In this document: positions 27,122 through 32,000 of the stretch, one piece after another
Position numbering within the stretch: position 1 is the first letter of the stretch
Layout: every line of letters starts with the position of its first letter
Source: Halalkalibacterium halodurans
Lineage (GTDB): Bacteria; Bacillota; Bacilli; Bacillales; Bacillaceae_D
Direction of reading: 5' to 3'
DNA: 32,000 nt
Assembly (NCBI RefSeq): GCF_004376175.1
Contig: NZ_SNUY01000005.1
Coordinates: 60,001-92,000, forward strand
Made by a program: the position numbers and the translations under genes
Notes under the pieces: model-generated
Seen by the model: only the letters and a program-made list of their open reading frames with translations
What the model was told of the DNA's origin: nothing
The model's database searches: none

Positions 27122-28128
27122 AACGACCATTCCCTTTTCACAGCTTCCTCGACTGAACGGTATAATTTGTGCCCTGTGACCGTCCATGCTTTTAACTCAT
27201 TCCGTTCGTCTTTCGTTAACTGTGTGAGATCAAGATAATGAATTCGCTCATAATTGGGTACATCTTGCTGCCACTCCAATCGTTTGGACAGCAATTGCTC
27301 AAACATTCGCTTTGTTTCATAGACGTCCAAATAACGATCTCGAATCGCTTCATATCTGGCGACTGTTGGAGCCGCTGTAATCTGCTCTTTTAAGGCTAAT
27401 AGCCGTAGTGCGTTCACATACGGAAACAACGTTACTTGCTTAATATCGAACAGTCCTCTAGCTGTACCCTTTGATTCAACGAGCAACTGTCCGAACAGAC
27501 CGATCCCCTTTTTTAGTCGTTCGGTGTTTTGCATAAATCGTTTTAACAGCTGACGATTCGTTTCGATGCGCTGTAGCAAGTTCACCTTGACGTCTTCCAT
27601 TAAATTGGCATCCCCAACGAGAGGGCGCCCATCGAAAAACGTTAACAAATGGCGATAGGCTTCCCACGTGTTTTCTTTCATCCATCGTTGCTGCTGATCA
27701 TGCCAAGCCGCTTGACTGCAACACCAGCGCGGATGTGAAGCCATGACCAGCCCATCACACCGTTCATAGCCGACTTTGGCTAGCCCCTCCTCAATTTCAC
27801 GGCCTAGAGCTAAAAAATAAGCTTGATTGTCATCATGCTCCTCTAAGTAAAGAAGACCGTGATCTTGATCGCTCCAAATTGACTGTTCCATTCGGCCGGC
27901 ACTGCCCATCACAAAGAACACAAAGTGAGTAGGAGGTGCCCCCCACTCACTTTCGATTCGTTGTAGTGCTAGTGCAACGACTTGTTTGATGATCTCATCA
28001 TGACAATGGTTTAACGTCTGATGATCCTTTTTTGTAGAGCTAATCAAGGTCAGCCGATGTTGCAAAAGTTCACCATAACTGTCCGCTGCACGGATAATGC
28101 TCAGATCATCCGACCTTTTCTGAGCCAT
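27118..28128 (-). CDS. DUF294-type nucleotidyltransferase with DUF294_C substrate-binding domain (GlnD-NTase-like), no sensor domains
   Basis: 336 aa. Pol-beta-fold NTase signature FFVMGSAGRMEQSIWSDQDHGLLY, followed by a helical C-terminal half. The ATG lies 2 nt after the amt stop, with an AGGAG SD inside the amt 3' end. Confidence 0.82.
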   Translation of the reverse strand: MAQKRSDDLSIIRAADSYGELLQHRLTLISSTKKDHQTLNHCHDEIIKQVVALALQRIESEWGAPPTHFVFFVMGSAGRMEQSIWSDQDHGLLYLEEHDDNQAYFLALGREIEEGLAKVGYERCDGLVMASHPRWCCSQAAWHDQQQRWMKENTWEAYRHLLTFFDGRPLVGDANLMEDVKVNLLQRIETNRQLLKRFMQNTERLKKGIGLFGQLLVESKGTARGLFDIKQVTLFPYVNALRLLALKEQITAAPTVARYEAIRDRYLDVYETKRMFEQLLSKRLEWQQDVPNYERIHYLDLTQLTKDERNELKAWTVTGHKLYRSVEEAVKREWSL

Positions 28129-28130
28129 CT

Positions 28131-29396
28131 TTATGCTCCTGATTTTTCGGAACCTGGCATGCTTTCAGGATATCCGTAGCTTCCATGCTCACTTAAGTCA
28201 AGACCAATGATTTCTTCTTCTTCTGTTACACGAAGACCACCGAGTACAGACTTACATACAAGGAGTAGTACGTATGAAGCGATAAAAGCGAACACACCAC
28301 AAGCGACAACGCTCAACGTTTGAACGCCTAATTGTGCAAAACCACCGCCGTAGAACAAGCCCGCTTGACCACCGTTCATCTCTGCAAGCTCAGGAGTGGC
28401 AAAGAACCCTGTAGAAAGTGTCCCCCACACCCCGGCCACACCATGGACCGAGAGAGCAAAGATTGGGTCATCAATTTTCGCTTTATCGAAAAATTTCATG
28501 CTGAAGTAAACGATAAGTCCACCAACAATTCCGATGACAACTGCGGCCCACGGCGCAACGAACGCACATGACGCTGTGATCGCAACAAGACCAGCTAATG
28601 CTCCATTTAAGGTTGTCGGTACATCTGCTTTTCCTGATAGAGCCCATGCAATGAACATGGCAGCGACTGCACCTGCAGCGGCAGCAAGCTGAGTATTTAA
28701 CGCAACATAACCGAAGAATGCGTCGGCCACTTCTAGCGTACTACCTGCGTTGAAGCCGAACCAACCGACCCAAAGAAGCAATACACCCAATGCTGTATAC
28801 ACTTGGTTGTGACCTTGAATATCGTTCATCGAGCCATCTTTGTTGTATTTGCCTAAACGCGGCTTTAATAAGATCGTAGCTGCTAGAGCCCCCATCGCAC
28901 CCGTTAAGTGAACGACGGTCGATCCTGCAAAGTCTTGTTTTCCTAAGTCAGCAAGCCAGCCATCTCCCCAAATCCAGTGAGCGACAATTGGATAAACGAA
29001 TGCAGAAAACAAAACCGCAAACAGGATATAGACTGATAGCTTCGCACGCTCCGCAAATCCACCAAACGCAATCGTGAGCGCAATGGCAGCGAACATTAAT
29101 TGGAAAAAGAAATCGACCGAGCCGACTAGTCCCTCTTCAGCCGTTGAGTAATCGCCGAAGAAGAAATCAGAAAGACCGATAAAAGCGTTCCCCTCTCCGT
29201 AAGTGAACCCCCAGCCTACTGCCCAATAAACGAGGGATGCAATCCCAACTGTAAAAATCGTTTTTCCGGCAATATGACCAGCGTTCTTCATTCTTGTTGA
29301 GCCAGCTTCAAGTAAAATAAATCCACCTTGCATTAACAAAACAAGAACGGCACATAGCATAATCCACACGTTATCCATTAAAGCAATGGAATCCAT
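28131..29396 (-). CDS. amt: Ammonium transporter (Amt/AmtB/NrgA family)
   Basis: 421 aa with 11 TM. Amt signature regions (DFAGSTVVHLTGA, FGFNAGS, ALSVHGVAGVWG with the twin-His pore). GGGGAGGAG SD. Confidence 0.95.
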   Translation of the reverse strand: MDSIALMDNVWIMLCAVLVLLMQGGFILLEAGSTRMKNAGHIAGKTIFTVGIASLVYWAVGWGFTYGEGNAFIGLSDFFFGDYSTAEEGLVGSVDFFFQLMFAAIALTIAFGGFAERAKLSVYILFAVLFSAFVYPIVAHWIWGDGWLADLGKQDFAGSTVVHLTGAMGALAATILLKPRLGKYNKDGSMNDIQGHNQVYTALGVLLLWVGWFGFNAGSTLEVADAFFGYVALNTQLAAAAGAVAAMFIAWALSGKADVPTTLNGALAGLVAITASCAFVAPWAAVVIGIVGGLIVYFSMKFFDKAKIDDPIFALSVHGVAGVWGTLSTGFFATPELAEMNGGQAGLFYGGGFAQLGVQTLSVVACGVFAFIASYVLLLVCKSVLGGLRVTEEEEIIGLDLSEHGSYGYPESMPGSEKSGA

Positions 29397-29458
29397 ATAG
29401 CCTCTCCTCCCCTTTGTTACTGTAAGTTTTTCTAATATGAACAGTTGATGTACTCCTT

Positions 29459-29512
29459 ATTATAAGGTCTAAATATTCTGAATCTACAACCATGTCAGAT
29501 AATCAGACATGG
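29459..29512 (-). promoter_or_regulatory. amt promoter: TATAAT -10 plus a TnrA/GlnR-type box centred near -49
   Basis: 23-bp palindrome CCATGTCAGATAATCAGACATGG (29490-29512; 10 of 11 pairs). Its 17-mer core TGTCAGATAATCAGACA matches TGTNAN7TNACA except for one position. Exactly 25 nt separate it from a minus-strand TATAAT (29464-29459). Confidence 0.45.
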
Positions 29513-29533
29513 TATTTTGTGCCTATATCTGAC

Positions 29534-29547
29534 ATTAAGCGCTTACA
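29534..29547. promoter_or_regulatory. cre-like element TGTAAGCGCTTAAT in the amt / orf113 divergent region
   Basis: The minus strand reads TGTAAGCGCTTAAT, matching 12 of 14 positions of TGWAANCGNTNWCA. It contains the 10-bp palindrome TAAGCGCTTA. Confidence 0.3.
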
Positions 29548-29641
29548 GTTTGATTGTGACAGTCATTGACGTACCAATTGTTTTCAGTCGAAAAAAATGG
29601 ACAAACAAGCTAAAATAGAGGAGGAGAGGGAGTGAAAAACA

Positions 29642-29983
29642 ATGTTCATTGATGTCTTTGTCCCTTATTCATTCGTGTTGCGGATACGTCAACAGCACTC
29701 CACCGAGATGGCAACCGTTTCGTTAACGCTGATCGAGCGAACATTTGGCAAGAAAAATGGCCGCTGGACACAAACGACGACATCCCTTGTCTCAACGGGA
29801 AAAGCATTCTCAATCGACGAGCTAGATCTTCCACAAAGCTGGCAGCTAGAGCTAGCATCAAACGAAGGAAGATTCGAAATAGATCAGCCGATTCGACGAG
29901 ATTGGTTTGACGAATATAAGTACGCTTCACCAGAACGACTTTGGGAACTTTGTAAGAAGCTCTATCCAGCCCTTAGCCTGTAA
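29642..29983 (+). CDS. Hypothetical 113-aa protein (no recognisable family)
   Basis: Very strong SD (GAGGAGGAGAGGGAG) 9 nt before the ATG and its own terminator. Soluble and Trp-rich. Not a PII protein. Confidence 0.5.
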   Translation: MFIDVFVPYSFVLRIRQQHSTEMATVSLTLIERTFGKKNGRWTQTTTSLVSTGKAFSIDELDLPQSWQLELASNEGRFEIDQPIRRDWFDEYKYASPERLWELCKKLYPALSL

Positions 29984-29984
29984 G

Positions 29985-30017
29985 ACAGTTGCCCTTGTTT
30001 GGGGTAGCTGTTTTTTG
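29985..30017 (+). terminator. Intrinsic terminator after orf113
   Basis: 10-bp stem (two G-U pairs) acagttgccc/ggg(g)tagctgt with a 7-nt loop, then T6 (30011-30016). Confidence 0.65.
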
Positions 30018-30113
30018 TTTCATTCGAGTTAAACTCTAGCGATGGGCGTATGGCACCTCCCATAACGAAGCGCATATATTGAAAGAGACTCTTACATCAA
30101 GGAAGGAGATACT

Positions 30114-31553
30114 ATGGCGATCATTAAGGGAAGTGACTATCTCGAGAGAATTAATAAGCTCCAGAATGAAGTATGGATTGGCGGAGAAAAAGTGACAGGG
30201 GCCATTTCAGAGCATCCTGCCTTTAAAGGCATTATGAAAAGCAAAGCTGCCTTGTATGACCTCTATCACCATTCGGATAAAAAGGATTTGCTCACATGTT
30301 GGGATGAAAAAACAAACGAGTATCATTCTTTTTCCTATTCTCAACCAAAAACAAAAGAGCAGCTTCGCAATCGCCGACAAGCGACACAACTTCTCGCACG
30401 AGAGAGCGGTGGAACAATGGGGCGATCTCCCGATTACATTAATACAGCCATCATGTCTCTCGGTAGTGGAGGAGTTGGAATGCCCAAACCTTACGGAGAC
30501 AACGCGCGAAAAATATTTGAAGAAGCAAGGGAAAAAGACTTCTCCTTTACCCACACGTTTATTAATCCTCAAGTGAATCGCTCTAAGCACTACGTGGAGT
30601 ATTCTAATGAAAAAATTATAGGTGCAAAGGTGATTGACGAAACGGAAGAAGGCGCCATCATCCATGGGGCACGACTCTTAGCGACCCAAGGGGGAATTAC
30701 CGATCAACTCCTCGTCCTGCCTGCCGGGGGTAATTTTATCGAGCCTTCGTTTGTGTATGGATTTGCTATTCCTTCCAACACTCCTGGCTTAAAGTTTCTT
30801 TGTCGTGAATCGTACGCACACGGTAAAACAAGCAGCTATGATTACCCATTAACGAGTCATTTTGAAGAAGGGGACGCCGTTGTTGTGTTCGATCATGTTC
30901 TCGTTCCTTGGGAGCGAATATTCATCTACAGCGACCCGTCCCAAGTTCAGACGATGTATGATGAAACGAACATGAACGTATTACTGCTCTATCAAGCAGT
31001 CAGCCGACAAGCGGTTAAGTCTGAATGGCTTCTTGGACTAAGCGAATGGATGGTGCGAACGATAAATGTTGTTGAACACCAACACATTCATGAAAAAATG
31101 AGCGAAATGATTATAAGTCTTGAGATCATGAATTCCCTTCTGATTGCAGCAGAAGAAGAGGCTCAGCCAAATAAGCACGGGACGATGATTCCAGACATTC
31201 GCAAATTGGGGGCCGCCTGCAGCTATTATCAAAAAACGTATCCTCGCCTCGTCGATGCACTGCAACAAATCGGTGCTAGCGGGTTTATCTCCTTACCGTC
31301 TGAAGCCGATTTCCATTCATCCATTAAGGAAGATCTCCATCAATATTTGCAAGCAGCCAATGAAGATGCCTATGAGCGGGTGCGCATGTTTCGCCTTGCG
31401 TGGGATTTAACAATGAGCCCGTTTGGATCGAGACAAACGCAATACGAACGTTTTTTCTTCGGTGATCAAGTTCGACTATCTAGTTCTCTTTATATGAACT
31501 ATCCAAAAGAACCATTCGTACAGCAAGTGCAATCGTTTTTAAAAAAACGTTGA
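30114..31553 (+). CDS. 4-hydroxyphenylacetate 3-monooxygenase oxygenase-component family (HpaB-type FADH2-dependent aromatic hydroxylase)
   Basis: 479 aa. N-terminus and length are typical of the HpaB/PheA1 family (GSDYLERINKLQNEVWIGGEKV, GRSPDYINT, FTHTFINPQVNRS). AGGAGA SD. No flavin reductase partner in the window. Confidence 0.85.
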   Translation: MAIIKGSDYLERINKLQNEVWIGGEKVTGAISEHPAFKGIMKSKAALYDLYHHSDKKDLLTCWDEKTNEYHSFSYSQPKTKEQLRNRRQATQLLARESGGTMGRSPDYINTAIMSLGSGGVGMPKPYGDNARKIFEEAREKDFSFTHTFINPQVNRSKHYVEYSNEKIIGAKVIDETEEGAIIHGARLLATQGGITDQLLVLPAGGNFIEPSFVYGFAIPSNTPGLKFLCRESYAHGKTSSYDYPLTSHFEEGDAVVVFDHVLVPWERIFIYSDPSQVQTMYDETNMNVLLLYQAVSRQAVKSEWLLGLSEWMVRTINVVEHQHIHEKMSEMIISLEIMNSLLIAAEEEAQPNKHGTMIPDIRKLGAACSYYQKTYPRLVDALQQIGASGFISLPSEADFHSSIKEDLHQYLQAANEDAYERVRMFRLAWDLTMSPFGSRQTQYERFFFGDQVRLSSSLYMNYPKEPFVQQVQSFLKKR

Positions 31554-31578
31554 GGAGACGTCTCTGACATCTCCTCGT

Positions 31579-32000
31579 TCACACTCCATTGTTATCTTGC
31601 TTTGAAAACCACTTAATCAGAAATGGTAGGCAAAGGAAAAGGGCAAGCACTCGCGCCATCTGTAAGGTCGCTACCATCGCTGGCTCCATTTGCAAGGCCG
31701 TAGCCGTTGAAGCCATTTCCGCTGCTCCAGCCGGGACAATGCTAAGTAAACTCATGTACCATTCTAGTGGTGTCATCCACGTAAATAAACCTGCCAATCC
31801 AAGACTCATAATGAAATATAGCAACAACGTAATGGCGCTAATAAACCCCATTCGCTTCAATTCACCAAAGGTTTCTCGATCAAATCGAGCACCAATTACC
31901 GCTCCCATCACTCCTTGAGCCACACCTTGCACATAGCCCGGAAGAATGATCTGAGGAAACAGTGTGTGGACAAGAAAGCCAAGACCGATCGCAAAGAAGA
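31579..32000 (-). CDS. AbrB-family (putative ammonia-monooxygenase-like, PF05145-type) membrane protein, C-terminal part; the gene continues beyond the window
   Basis: The frame stays open and hydrophobic from 31932 up to position 32000 (...FFAIGLGFLVHTLFPQIILPGYVQGVAQGVMGAVIGARF...). The GxxIGxxF motif and TM pattern resemble AbrB-duplication membrane proteins. Confidence 0.6.
   Translation of the reverse strand, partial: FFAIGLGFLVHTLFPQIILPGYVQGVAQGVMGAVIGARFDRETFGELKRMGFISAITLLLYFIMSLGLAGLFTWMTPLEWYMSLLSIVPAGAAEMASTATALQMEPAMVATLQMARVLALFLCLPFLIKWFSKQDNNGV

Noticed and set aside
29642-29983. Whether the 113-aa ORF next to amt is the missing PII (GlnK/NrgB), given its PII-like size.
   Set aside because: The sequence shows none of the PII hallmarks: no beta-alpha-beta N-terminus MKKIEAI-type, no T-loop with YRG, and no TGxxGDGKIF. 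It is also divergently transcribed rather than downstream of amt.
31552-31576. The hairpin gaggaga-N11-tctcctc after the hpaB-like gene, considered as an intrinsic terminator.
   Set aside because: It has a 7-bp stem with no U-run on either strand. It may still act on the convergent transcripts, but it does not meet the criteria I used for the other terminators.
1-32000. CRISPR arrays, IS elements, transposases, integrases, prophage genes, tRNA or rRNA genes, and classic defence genes (restriction-modification, Abi, CBASS cyclases, TIR, etc.).
   Set aside because: I found no spaced direct-repeat arrays, no terminal inverted repeats flanking genes, no recombinase-like ORFs and no cloverleaf-capable tRNA-like segments. 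The DUF294 NTase is not a CD-NTase by its motifs.

Overview
This is a 32-kb chromosomal segment from a Bacillus-like Firmicute. GC looks mid-40s % by eye. The very acidic exported domains hint at an alkaliphilic or halotolerant lineage, but I cannot name the species. I count about 31 CDS. There is no rRNA, tRNA, CRISPR array, transposase, integrase or phage gene. The backbone matches my recollection of the B. subtilis ywi-ywh-ywg-ywf-ywd region. In order it carries argS-ywiB, speE-speB, pbpG-like PBP, ywhD, ywhB (4-OT), a MarR regulator, ywfO-ywgA, a ywzC-like gene, lipL, pta, hemQ, cwlJ-gerQ and ywdK. Apparent accessory insertions interrupt it: an RND efflux pump, a secreted PL1 pectate lyase, a GltP-type symporter, an enoyl-CoA hydratase, a GNAT, a secreted M14 carboxypeptidase, an HpaB-type monooxygenase and an unusual amt operon. 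Most of the window is ordinary housekeeping or sporulation DNA. The best candidate for an undescribed system is the three-gene amt operon (26390-29512). There an ammonium transporter is translationally coupled to a sensor-less DUF294/GlnD-like nucleotidyltransferase and a DnaQ-like DEDDh exonuclease. These occupy the position where PII (glnK/nrgB) is normally found, behind a TnrA-type box centred near -49. The second candidate is the conserved but uncharacterised pair ywfO (SAMHD1/dNTPase-like HD hydrolase) and ywgA (Panacea/SocA-like plus winged-helix). An 11-mer, TGTAAGCGCTT (a cre-like half-palindrome), recurs in three separate intergenic regions. All family calls come from motif recognition and memory, not searches.
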